NCBI GenBank assembly: GCA_003213715.1
Contig: QCMN01000001.1
Span: forward strand, 57,956-121,955
Direction of reading: 5' to 3'
Length of the DNA: 64,000 bases
DNA from: Pelagibacteraceae bacterium AG-422-B15
Lineage (GTDB): Bacteria > Pseudomonadota > Alphaproteobacteria > Pelagibacterales > AG-422-B15
The notes beneath the pieces were generated by a model. The model was not told the origin of the DNA. It searched no databases and saw nothing but the letters and a program-made list of their open reading frames with translations. A program made the position numbers and the translations under genes. Positions 35,930 through 45,308 of this stretch are shown piece after piece (positions within the stretch are counted from its first letter, which is position 1; the number at the start of each line of letters is the position of its first letter).

Positions 35930-37699
35930 TTAAAACTCTGCAACTTCCATATCCATCATTGAAGACTTACCAGCTTGCACCTTCTTTGAATACATAGTTA
36001 GTTCTGGCATAATTTTTTCAACAAAATAAGTTCCAGTTTTTATTTTATTTTTATGAATTGGCTCATTTTTGCCAATAGAGAATTTTGCCATTCGCGCCCA
36101 CATATAAGTCATCGACGATAGAGCTACCAAATTTAGGTAATCAGTGGCAGAAGCAAGGGCATTTTCAGGATCTTGCATGCCGTTCTGCATTAACCACATT
36201 GTTGAAGCGGTAACTTCATTGAGAGCGTTTTCAAGAGGTTTAATAAATGATGATATTTCTTCATTATCTTTATTTTCAGATAGAAATTTTTGAACTTCTT
36301 TTTGGAAGTTTTGTAACAACCGTCCCTGATGCATTGTTAATTTTCTTCCAACTAAGTCTAAAGCCTGAATACCATTTGTACCTTCGTATATCATTGTAAT
36401 TCTTACATCTCGCATGTACTGCTCAAGAGGATATTCTTTTGTAAATCCACTGCCACCTAGGACCTGTAAAGATTCTGAACAATTTAAAAAACCTCTATCA
36501 GTACAATAAGCCTTAATTATTGGTGTCATTAATGCAGCAAAATCGTCAGCTTCCTGTCTTACTTTTTCATCAGGATGATCTTCTGCAAGATCAATTTTCA
36601 TCGCTGTATAAATGCATAATGCACGCATTGCCTCAGTCGTTGCTTTGACATTCATTAACATTCTTCTTACATCAGGATGAACAATTATATTGTCTGCTTT
36701 ATTATCTTTATCTTGCTTATCCTTAACAACAGACCTCATTTGTTTTCTTTCTTTTGCAAATTCTAGAGCATTTTGGTACGAGATCTCTGACATTGCTATA
36801 CCTTGTAGTCCAACTTTTAAACGCGCATCATTCATCATCAGAAACATAGCTTCCATTCCTTTATTCTTTTCTCCAACTAGCCAACCTTTTGCATTTTCAA
36901 GGTTCATTACGCAAGTTGGCGAAGAATTAATTCCAAGCTTATGTTCTAAACCGCCACAATAAATTGTATTTCGAGTATTATCATCCAGTCGCTTTGGTAC
37001 AAGAAATAAACTTATTCCTTTAATGCCTTCGGGTGCATCTGGTGTTCTTGCGAGCACAAGATGAATAATATTTTCTGTTAAGTCATGTTCGCCGAATGAA
37101 ATCCAAATTTTTTGGCCTGTTAACTCATAGTGATCATCTTTAGGAACTGCAGTAGATTTTATTAAACCAAGATCGGTTCCACATTGTGGTTCTGTCAGAC
37201 ACATAGTGCCCATCCACTCACCTGAAGTCATATTAGGTAGATATTTATCTTTAAGTTCCTCTGTAGCCTTTTTTAAGATGGTCTTCATTGCGCCGTGACT
37301 CAATCCTGGACCCATATAGAATGCCATATTAGCAGCTATACCAATCTCACCTGCAAGTATGGCAGTCGTGAACGGTGCTCCACCACCACCATATTGAGTG
37401 GGCATAGTAGCACCAACATAGCCTGACGACTTTACTGCATCATACAATTTTTTAAATCTTTCAGGGGTATGAACTTCAGGACCTTCTGCCCCATCAGTTA
37501 CATATTTTAAGCCCTCTCTGTCGCCAATTTTATTACTATCTAGTACTTCTTGCTCATTAAGACGCCCTATTTCAGAAACAACGCTCATGAGTGTTTCTGA
37601 GTCATATTCCTTGAACTTTTCTATGCCTGCAATGACCTCATCGTAATTAAGCATGGCCAGATTGTATTTGAAATCTTCTATTGGACTTTTGTACGACAT
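35930..37699 (-). CDS. Long-form acyl-CoA dehydrogenase with extra C-terminal domain
   Basis: 589 aa with CLTEPQCGTDLG, IYEGTNGIQALDLV and a C-terminal extension of about 150 aa typical of the 590-600-aa alphaproteobacterial ACADs. Confidence 0.85.
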   Translation of the reverse strand: MSYKSPIEDFKYNLAMLNYDEVIAGIEKFKEYDSETLMSVVSEIGRLNEQEVLDSNKIGDREGLKYVTDGAEGPEVHTPERFKKLYDAVKSSGYVGATMPTQYGGGGAPFTTAILAGEIGIAANMAFYMGPGLSHGAMKTILKKATEELKDKYLPNMTSGEWMGTMCLTEPQCGTDLGLIKSTAVPKDDHYELTGQKIWISFGEHDLTENIIHLVLARTPDAPEGIKGISLFLVPKRLDDNTRNTIYCGGLEHKLGINSSPTCVMNLENAKGWLVGEKNKGMEAMFLMMNDARLKVGLQGIAMSEISYQNALEFAKERKQMRSVVKDKQDKDNKADNIIVHPDVRRMLMNVKATTEAMRALCIYTAMKIDLAEDHPDEKVRQEADDFAALMTPIIKAYCTDRGFLNCSESLQVLGGSGFTKEYPLEQYMRDVRITMIYEGTNGIQALDLVGRKLTMHQGRLLQNFQKEVQKFLSENKDNEEISSFIKPLENALNEVTASTMWLMQNGMQDPENALASATDYLNLVALSSMTYMWARMAKFSIGKNEPIHKNKIKTGTYFVEKIMPELTMYSKKVQAGKSSMMDMEVAEF

Positions 37700-37811
37700 A
37701 GGTTTAAGAATAATTAGTGTAGTTTAAGTATATATAACCTTTGTCTCATAAATTGCAAATTTCTAATTTTGTTGACCATATCGATGGGGAAAGTCTGAAA
37801 AGTTTAGAATT

Positions 37812-38735
37812 ATGAGTATTTATCTGCCTATTGCAGAGCTCTCAGTTAACATTTTTCTATTATTGTCTTTAGGTGGAGTTGTAGGATTTCTATCTGGCAT
37901 GTTTGGTTTAGGTGGAGGCTTTCTAATGACTCCACTACTAATATTTATAGGTATACCTACTAATGTTGCTGTTGCAACATCAGCAAACCAGATAGTTGCA
38001 TCTTCAATTTCTGGAACATTGGGTCACTGGAGACAAGGTCTTGTAGATTTCAAAATGGGAGGGGTATTGCTTATTGGTGCCTTCTTTGGATCAATCTTGG
38101 GCATTTGGATATTCAGTAGGCTTGTTGCAATTGGTCAAATTGATACTGTAATCTCAATTCTATATTTTGCTCTTTTAACAGGTATAGGTTTATCAATGCT
38201 GATTGAAAGCTCTAAAGTAATAAGGGATAGAATAAGAAGAAAAAGTGTTAAACGAAAGATTCATTATCATAACTGGGCGCATAGATTGCCATTCAAAGTT
38301 AGATTTTATAAATCTAAATTATACATAAGTGTTATTCCTCCAATTATAATTGGTTTTGTGATAGGTATCTTATCAGCAACAATGGGAATTGGTGGTGCTT
38401 TCATATTAATCCCTGCAATGATTTATTTTTTGGGAATGCCAACCTCAAAAGTAATAGGTACATCTTTATTCCAAATTATTTTCATAACTGCACTTGTTAC
38501 TATTCTACATGCAACTACTACTTTTGCTGTTGATGCAGTTCTAGCTTTCTTTTTAATACTTTCTTCTGTAGTTGGTGCTCAAGTGGGGGTATTGGCAGCC
38601 AATAAGTTAAGAGGTGAAGAAATAAGGGCTTTACTAGCCATAATAGTGCTTGGTGTTGCAACTAAAATTGCGCTTGATTTGTTAGTAGAGCCTAACGAAA
38701 TTTTTAATTTATCTGTAATACGATTAGTTTTCTGA
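37812..38735 (+). CDS. TauE/SafE family anion (sulfite-type) exporter
   Basis: 307 aa. The duplicated 4-TM halves carry GGGFLMTPLL and GIGGAFILIPAM motifs. Confidence 0.8.
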   Translation: MSIYLPIAELSVNIFLLLSLGGVVGFLSGMFGLGGGFLMTPLLIFIGIPTNVAVATSANQIVASSISGTLGHWRQGLVDFKMGGVLLIGAFFGSILGIWIFSRLVAIGQIDTVISILYFALLTGIGLSMLIESSKVIRDRIRRKSVKRKIHYHNWAHRLPFKVRFYKSKLYISVIPPIIIGFVIGILSATMGIGGAFILIPAMIYFLGMPTSKVIGTSLFQIIFITALVTILHATTTFAVDAVLAFFLILSSVVGAQVGVLAANKLRGEEIRALLAIIVLGVATKIALDLLVEPNEIFNLSVIRLVF

Positions 38736-39526
38736 TGATCAAACAATTAATTATTTTATTTTATTTTTTGACTGGAGTGTTAACGCCTTCAATTTCAATT
38801 GCACTTGTAATTGGCTCAGACCAGGAAGAAATATACATAGACGCAAATTTCTCTGGTGAAGAGCTTCTCGTTTTTGGGGCATTTTATTCTGATCCATCTC
38901 AGTCAAGAGATAGTAAAAGTGACATACTTATAGAAGTTGTCGGCCCTCCTGAGGATGTTGCATTAAGAAAGAAAGACTCATATTTTGGATTTTGGTTAAA
39001 TTCCAAAAGTGTAACTTTCAGAGATGTGCCAGGTTTCTACTATCTTTCGAGTACATCTGAACTTACAGATGAATTTTTAACGAATAATCAAATCGGACTA
39101 CTTGAGAGGGAAAAATCAGAGATGATTGATTGGAGCTCACTTACTACTGATTGGGGAAGTATTATAAATGAAAAGGAAAAAGAGGAATTCTTTAACGCTC
39201 TAATTAGAACAAAACAAAATGATAGTTTGTATAAACAAGTTTCAGATGAAATTGAAATAATTGATGGAAATCTGTTCAGATCTTATATTGATATTCCAAA
39301 TACCGTTCCTGTAGGAGAATACACTGTAAATCTTCATTTAATTATAGATAATGAGGTATCTCAGGAATATTCTTACAAATTTATGGTTACTAGAGTTGGA
39401 ATTGAGGAGGCAATCTACTCATTTTCAAAAAACTATCCATTCTTTTACGGATTGATTTCTTTAATAATTGCAATAATTATTGGCTGGAGTGGTGCTGAAA
39501 TATTTAAAAGATTTAGAAGAATATAG
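38735..39526 (+). CDS. Alphaproteobacterial bitopic membrane protein, TIGR02186-like
   Basis: 263 aa with an N-terminal signal/anchor and a single C-terminal TM (LISLIIAIIIGWSGAEIF). The start overlaps the TauE stop. The family assignment is from memory of this conserved pairing. Confidence 0.4.
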   Translation: MIKQLIILFYFLTGVLTPSISIALVIGSDQEEIYIDANFSGEELLVFGAFYSDPSQSRDSKSDILIEVVGPPEDVALRKKDSYFGFWLNSKSVTFRDVPGFYYLSSTSELTDEFLTNNQIGLLEREKSEMIDWSSLTTDWGSIINEKEKEEFFNALIRTKQNDSLYKQVSDEIEIIDGNLFRSYIDIPNTVPVGEYTVNLHLIIDNEVSQEYSYKFMVTRVGIEEAIYSFSKNYPFFYGLISLIIAIIIGWSGAEIFKRFRRI

Positions 39527-40257
39527 TGACTGAGATATCATATTTATATGTAGTTCTTGCAGGACTCCTTAGTTTTCTATCTCCGTGTGTATTACCAATT
39601 GTTCCAGGTTACTTGTGTTTTATGGCGGGAACTAGTTTGGATAAATTACAATTGGACCAAGGTGATGAAATTAAAAAAAAGGTTTTTAGTTTTTCATTAA
39701 GTTTTGTGATTGGGTTTTCAACTGTATTTGTAATCTTAGGTGCTTCTGCAACTTTACTGAGTAGCTTAGTTTATGAATATCTCGATATTTTACGTATCGC
39801 AGGAGGAATAATAATTATCATATTTGGTATTCATTTTATGCAAATCATACAAATACCATTTTTAAACAGGGAGATGAGATACCAAATTGAAAGCTATAGA
39901 CCAGGTATAGTTGGCTCTTATATAATTGGTTTATCTTTTGCATTTGGATGGACACCTTGCATTGGGCCTATTCTAGGAAGTGTTTTATCGATAGCCGCAA
40001 GCTCAGAGACAGTAACGTATGGAATAGTTTTACTAATGCTGTATTCAGCTGGCTTGGGCATACCTTTTCTAATTGCAGCCTATGCAATAAATGGCTTTAT
40101 GAAATTCTTATCAAGAATAAGAAATTATATAAGATTAATCGAAATTTTTACTGGTCTTTTACTAATTTTATTTGGTATCCTGATACTAACAAACAGAATT
40201 CAAGAATTGGCTTTCTTTTTTATAAAGTATTTTCCATTCTTAGCGCAATTTGGATAA
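39526..40257 (+). CDS. ccdA: Cytochrome c biogenesis / thiol-disulfide electron transfer protein CcdA (DsbD family)
   Basis: The conserved Cys motifs LSPCVLPIVPGYL and WTPCIGPILG, and 6 TM segments. The start is GTG, overlapping the upstream stop. Confidence 0.8.
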   Translation: MTEISYLYVVLAGLLSFLSPCVLPIVPGYLCFMAGTSLDKLQLDQGDEIKKKVFSFSLSFVIGFSTVFVILGASATLLSSLVYEYLDILRIAGGIIIIIFGIHFMQIIQIPFLNREMRYQIESYRPGIVGSYIIGLSFAFGWTPCIGPILGSVLSIAASSETVTYGIVLLMLYSAGLGIPFLIAAYAINGFMKFLSRIRNYIRLIEIFTGLLLILFGILILTNRIQELAFFFIKYFPFLAQFG

Positions 40258-40267
40258 AGGAGTAGAT

Positions 40268-41143
40268 ATGTTTCAAAAAGATTTATTGAAAAATAAAAGA
40301 ATTTTAGTTTCTGGTGGAGGCTCAGGACTTGGTAAAGCAATGGCGACAAGGTATTTAGAACTAGGTGCCGATGTCTATATTTGCGGCAGAAGAAAGTCAG
40401 TATTAGATGAAACTGCAAAAGAGCTTATGGATATGCATGGGGGATCTGTAAAATCAATCTCGTGTGATATCAAAGTTCCTGAAGCAATAGAAGATATGGT
40501 GGATGAAATTTGGAGCGAAGGGCCTCTAACTGGGCTACTAAATAATGCTGCAGGAAACTTTATCTCGAGAACAGAGGATTTATCTCCAAGAGCATTTACT
40601 GCTATTTCTAATATTGTTTTCAATGGAACTTTTTACATGACAAATGCAATAGGTAAAAGGTGGTTAGCTGAAAAGTTAAAAGGAAGTATAATTTCTATTT
40701 TAACTACATGGATTGATAGCAGTGGTCCATATACAGTTCCATCAGCAATGTCTAAGTCTGGTTTAGCGACAATGACTAGATCTCTCGCAGCTGAATGGGG
40801 AAATAGAGGTATAAGATTAAATGCTATCTCGCCTGGACCATTTCCGACCAAAGGTGCGTGGGATAGATTAGCGCCAGGAGGCAAAGGTGCAAATATGATG
40901 GAGTCGATTCCAATGAAAAGAACTGGAGAACTCAGTGAGCTTGCAAATTTAGCAACTTTCTTAATGGCAGATGGAGTCGATTACTTAACAGGAGAAATTA
41001 TTACTATCGATGGAGCTCAATGGTTGAATCATGCGGGTAATTTCTATGAAATGTTAAAAGATGTAACCGATCAAGAGTGGGAACAGCTCAGAAATATGAT
41101 CAAAGCCTCAAATGACGCTGATAAAGCAAAAAGGTCTGTCTAG
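40268..41143 (+). CDS. SDR family oxidoreductase, 2,4-dienoyl-CoA reductase-like
   Basis: VSGGGSGLGKA, NNAAGNF and SKSGLATMTRSLAAEW. The start is set at the Met at 40268 (MFQKDLLKNK) rather than 40250. Confidence 0.8.
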   Translation: MFQKDLLKNKRILVSGGGSGLGKAMATRYLELGADVYICGRRKSVLDETAKELMDMHGGSVKSISCDIKVPEAIEDMVDEIWSEGPLTGLLNNAAGNFISRTEDLSPRAFTAISNIVFNGTFYMTNAIGKRWLAEKLKGSIISILTTWIDSSGPYTVPSAMSKSGLATMTRSLAAEWGNRGIRLNAISPGPFPTKGAWDRLAPGGKGANMMESIPMKRTGELSELANLATFLMADGVDYLTGEIITIDGAQWLNHAGNFYEMLKDVTDQEWEQLRNMIKASNDADKAKRSV

Positions 41144-41943
41144 ATAAAAGAATCCTTAAAAAGTTTTTTGCTCAAACCTCTTATGAGTGACGGCAGGTGT
41201 CTCATAAAAAACGATGCAAATTTTGCTTCAAAGCCAACTGGATGATGTATTCTACTTGAGTCATAAGCGGACCAGACTGAATTTACGACTTTTTCAACTG
41301 GATAAACTTTTGTCTTTTGATTAACAAATTCGCGGTCCAATTGACTTTTTGCACCAGTTGTAACAGCTTCTGCATCTAAGATTGGTGTTTCGGTAAACCA
41401 AGGATTAATTTCAGATACTTTAATGCCATACCGCTCGAACTCAATACGCAGATTTTCGGTAAGAGAGCTTACGGCATGCTTTGTTGCCCCATAAACTGAT
41501 ATACCTGGAGCCGTAATAAGTCCTGCAACTGAACTTGTATTAAGTAGCATGCTGTTTTCTGTACTTCTTAGTATTTCAAGCATTGTAAAACATCCATTAA
41601 CAACACCTTTAAAGTTTACATCAATTATTTTGTTCATTTCCTCAATTTTGATATCCTCAAATGCTCCTGCAAAGTTTGCTATGCCTGCATTATTAAAAAA
41701 TATATCACACCTACCGCCTGTATACTGTGAGAAACTTTTTTCTGCATCAATCCAGTCTTCAATATTTGTTACGTCTAACTTTTGATACATACATTTATTA
41801 TGACCAATGATTTCGGCTACCTCTTTTAGGCCTTCTTGATTGATATCAAAAAGTCCTACATTCCATCCATTTTCAGCAAACGATATTGCAGTAGCCTTAC
41901 CAATTCCTGATGCTGCGCCAGTAATAAAAATACTTTTTGTCAT
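41140..41943 (-). CDS. Classical SDR family oxidoreductase
   Basis: ITGAASGIGKA, NNAGI and YGATKHAV (Y-x-x-x-K). Confidence 0.85.
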   Translation of the reverse strand: MTKSIFITGAASGIGKATAISFAENGWNVGLFDINQEGLKEVAEIIGHNKCMYQKLDVTNIEDWIDAEKSFSQYTGGRCDIFFNNAGIANFAGAFEDIKIEEMNKIIDVNFKGVVNGCFTMLEILRSTENSMLLNTSSVAGLITAPGISVYGATKHAVSSLTENLRIEFERYGIKVSEINPWFTETPILDAEAVTTGAKSQLDREFVNQKTKVYPVEKVVNSVWSAYDSSRIHHPVGFEAKFASFFMRHLPSLIRGLSKKLFKDSFI

Positions 41944-41949
41944 CCTAAG

Positions 41950-42564
41950 CTATAGTCCTTTTAAAAATAATTTAGTTGCAAATGAGCTTAATTCAGAAGG
42001 TTTTAAATCGTTTCTTTCCAATAATTGATCGCCAAGATTAACGCTAACAGCAATTACAGAAGTTACCATAAGTGAAATATCGTTTTGAGGAAATTTGATA
42101 ATTTTTGACATGTTTACTGTTACTTCTAGCAGTTTTTTATTAAAATTTTGGTATTCTTTTGAATTTTGACCCAACCATTTAAGATCTAATATATATTTTT
42201 TATTATTTTTAAAAAAAATATAATTTTCTGTATCATTATATATCCAGTTAAACCAGCTATTAAAAGCAATACTAACTAATTCATCAAAGGTTTTAGCTTT
42301 ATTAATTTCAGGAATGATAAAGTGACTAAATTCGTTAATAAGCCTATTTACAATAACTAAAAAAACTTCAACTTTATCATCAAAGTAATTATAGAATGTC
42401 CCAGAGCCCAAACCAGCCTCATATACAATCTCTCTAACATTAGAGCTGTCAAGACCCTTTTCTATAAAAACTTTTCTTGAAGCTAAAATTATCGAGTCAC
42501 GATTCTGTTGTTTGTTAAGCTGTCTCTTTCTTTTGTTAAAGGGAAGATCAATGGTTCTATTCAT
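41950..42564 (-). CDS. TetR/AcrR family transcriptional regulator
   Basis: N-terminal HTH region SSNVREIVYEAGLGSGTFYNYFDDK. The start overlaps the pyrD stop by 4 nt. Confidence 0.7.
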   Translation of the reverse strand: MNRTIDLPFNKRKRQLNKQQNRDSIILASRKVFIEKGLDSSNVREIVYEAGLGSGTFYNYFDDKVEVFLVIVNRLINEFSHFIIPEINKAKTFDELVSIAFNSWFNWIYNDTENYIFFKNNKKYILDLKWLGQNSKEYQNFNKKLLEVTVNMSKIIKFPQNDISLMVTSVIAVSVNLGDQLLERNDLKPSELSSFATKLFLKGL

Positions 42565-43604
42565 TTATTATTTATACCAACTGCTTCTGAAATATTTGTA
42601 AATCCATCATCTTTGATAAGTTTAACAAGATCAATCAAAATCTTATTTATTAGTTGGGGGCCTCCGTAAGTGAGTGAGGTATACATTTGTACTAATGATG
42701 CACCTAGTTTAATTTTATTATATACGTCTAATGCACTGCCAACTCCACCAACACCAATTAAAACTAATTCATGATTAGTCTCTCGATATAAAAATTTTAA
42801 AACTTTGTCTGATAAATCCTTTATCGGGGGGCCAGATAATCCACCGTCTCTTTTCTTATTTTGATCTCGTAAAATTTCTGGTCTTGAAAGTGAAGTATTG
42901 GTGGCAATAATTCCATCGATATGATATTTGCTAACAAGATTAAGAATCATACTGTAGTGATCATTTGTATTATCTGGATCAATTTTTAGCATGATTGGTT
43001 TTCTATTGTTTTCCTCATTCCTAATTTGAGAAATGTCCCTTAAAAGTACTTCAAGATATTCTTTTCTTTGCAATTCACGTAGAGCTTCAGTATTTGGTGA
43101 TGAAACATTGATGGTTACGTAATCACAAGAGACTGAAATCTTTCTGTAAATTTTTAGGTAATCATCAATGAAATTTTTAGTGTCTTTATTTGGTCCAATA
43201 TTTGATCCCACAATACCTGTCCTTTTTGCAGACATAAGATTCTTTACAAACCTCTTTTCTCCCTTGTTATTAAAACCCAATTTATTAATTATGGCACTGT
43301 CCTTTTTTAACCTAAAAATTCTTGGCTTTTCATTTCCATATTGTGGCTTCGGTGTAACAGTTCCACATTCCACAAATCCAAATCCAATCTTTAATAAAGG
43401 GTCTATTAATTCTGCATTTTTATCAAAACCAGCGGCAATGCCCAGTGGGTTACTAAAGCTAAGGCCTTTAACATTAGTATGCAGACTTTGATCTTGAAAA
43501 CCTTTATTTATTAAGGGGCTTCCATATTTTGTTAATTGTATTGTGACGCTATGGGCAGTCTCTGGTGGCAAAAGCTGAAGCATACCGGTTAACAAACTCA
43601 TCAC
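42561..43604 (-). CDS. pyrD: Dihydroorotate dehydrogenase (quinone), class 2
   Basis: GFVECGTVTPKPQYGNEKPRIFRL, NKLGFNNKG, NVSSPNT and GLSGPP. Confidence 0.85.
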   Translation of the reverse strand: MMSLLTGMLQLLPPETAHSVTIQLTKYGSPLINKGFQDQSLHTNVKGLSFSNPLGIAAGFDKNAELIDPLLKIGFGFVECGTVTPKPQYGNEKPRIFRLKKDSAIINKLGFNNKGEKRFVKNLMSAKRTGIVGSNIGPNKDTKNFIDDYLKIYRKISVSCDYVTINVSSPNTEALRELQRKEYLEVLLRDISQIRNEENNRKPIMLKIDPDNTNDHYSMILNLVSKYHIDGIIATNTSLSRPEILRDQNKKRDGGLSGPPIKDLSDKVLKFLYRETNHELVLIGVGGVGSALDVYNKIKLGASLVQMYTSLTYGGPQLINKILIDLVKLIKDDGFTNISEAVGINNK

Positions 43605-45157
43605 TTGCTCACTTTTATTCTTTCTCTAATAAGTTGTATTGTTTCTTTTATGCCGTAGATGGCAATAAAAGTACCAAATCTTGGTCCATCACTTTTGCCA
43701 AAAAGAACCTGATAAATAAGTTTGAACCAGTCTCTTAAATTATCAAACTTATAATCTTTACCAATTTGATAGATTTCAGTCTGTATAGTCTCAGCATCAA
43801 CATTGTCTGGCAAAAGCTCAATTCGATTAATTAAATCTAAAAAAATATTTTTCTCTTCTTCACTGGGTACTTTAAACTGAATTTTATCGGCATTAACATT
43901 CTTTTCAAATGATATTGCTCCAGTTATAAGTTCTAACATAAAATTATGGTCAGAATTGATAACTGAAGCATCATATTTTTTTATAAAATCTAGAATAAAA
44001 TCTGGATCACTCTTTCCACTGGCTGAAACTAAATTTAATATTAAATTGAAGGATATTGGTATTGAACCAATATGATTATGACTATTCATGATATGCCAAA
44101 CTGGATTTTCAATTTTTTCCTTATCGTTTTGGTCATTAAATTTATTTAGATGATTCAAAAATTCATCAACTGATTTAGGTATAACATCCAGAAATAGTTT
44201 TTTTGCTCTTCTTGGATTTTGGTACATGAAGTAGCTTAATGTCTCCTTAGGCGCATAAGATAACCATTCTTCAATACTCAAACCATTTCCCTTTGATTTT
44301 GAAATCTTTTCACCATTCTGATCAAGAAACAATTCATAGAAATAATTTTCGGGGGGTTGATGTCCTAAAGCACGACATACTTTGGATGAAAGTTGAAAAG
44401 TTGGTATCAAGTCTTTACCATACATTTCATAATCAATGTCTAAAGCACACCACCTCATTGCCCAGTCCACTTTCCATTGTAATTTGCAATTACCATATAA
44501 AATAGACTGTTCAATTTCCTTATTATTCTGAAGATACACAACCGTATTTTTTTCAGTATTAATTGAAACAATTTCAACTTCAAGTACGTGTCCTGTTTCT
44601 TGGCAAATCGGCAAAAAAGGACTATAAGTTTTTTTTCTTTCCTCTCCTAATGTTGGTAATATTATTTTTTTAATCTCATCATAAGAATTTAAAACTTTAA
44701 TTAATTGATCGTTAAAAAAACCAGATGTATAAAGCTCTGTCGCGCTTTTAAAAGAATATTTGAACTCAAACTTATCAAGAAATGCTTGTAACATCTCATT
44801 GTTATGGTTTCCAAAACTCGTTGATTTTTCAAAAGGATCTGGAATCGAGGTAAGTGGCTTGTGTAAATTTTTTTCCAAAATTTCCTGATTAGGAACATTA
44901 TCAGGAACTTTTCTTAATCCATCCATATCATCAGAAAAAGCAATCAATTCGACTTCATAGTCAGATACCGCTTTTATAGCATTAAGCACCATCGTGGTCC
45001 TTGCGACTTCTCCGAACGTCCCTATGTGTGGAAGTCCACTTGGTCCATAACCAGTCTGAAGCTTGATTTTTGAATAATCTTTGAGCTTAGCTCTTTTGAC
45101 TATCTTTCTAGCTTCTATAAATGGCCATGCTTTTGAATTTTCATTTACTGTTGCCAT
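43601..45157 (-). CDS. lysK: Lysine--tRNA ligase, class I
   Basis: HIGH-type PHIGTFGE and KMSKS-type KISKSKGNG. The length and layout are typical of alphaproteobacterial class I LysRS. The start is set at the Met at 45157 (MATVNENSKAWPF). Confidence 0.85.
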   Translation of the reverse strand: MATVNENSKAWPFIEARKIVKRAKLKDYSKIKLQTGYGPSGLPHIGTFGEVARTTMVLNAIKAVSDYEVELIAFSDDMDGLRKVPDNVPNQEILEKNLHKPLTSIPDPFEKSTSFGNHNNEMLQAFLDKFEFKYSFKSATELYTSGFFNDQLIKVLNSYDEIKKIILPTLGEERKKTYSPFLPICQETGHVLEVEIVSINTEKNTVVYLQNNKEIEQSILYGNCKLQWKVDWAMRWCALDIDYEMYGKDLIPTFQLSSKVCRALGHQPPENYFYELFLDQNGEKISKSKGNGLSIEEWLSYAPKETLSYFMYQNPRRAKKLFLDVIPKSVDEFLNHLNKFNDQNDKEKIENPVWHIMNSHNHIGSIPISFNLILNLVSASGKSDPDFILDFIKKYDASVINSDHNFMLELITGAISFEKNVNADKIQFKVPSEEEKNIFLDLINRIELLPDNVDAETIQTEIYQIGKDYKFDNLRDWFKLIYQVLFGKSDGPRFGTFIAIYGIKETIQLIRERIKVSK

Positions 45158-45308
45158 ATAAGTGACAATAACATAAATAAGCGGTAATTCGGTGAAAAAC
45201 AAACAATTTTTTTTATTGAAGTAAACTAAATAAGAACTATTTGGATTTATAGAGATAATAATAAAGCTATAAATTTTATTAAATTTAATATAGTACTCCT
45301 ATCTGATT

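Noticed and set aside
39948-40265. 105-aa alternative-frame ORF within ccdA.
   Set aside because: It is on the same strand but out of frame with a CcdA sequence that carries both conserved Cys motifs. It is not credible as a separate gene.
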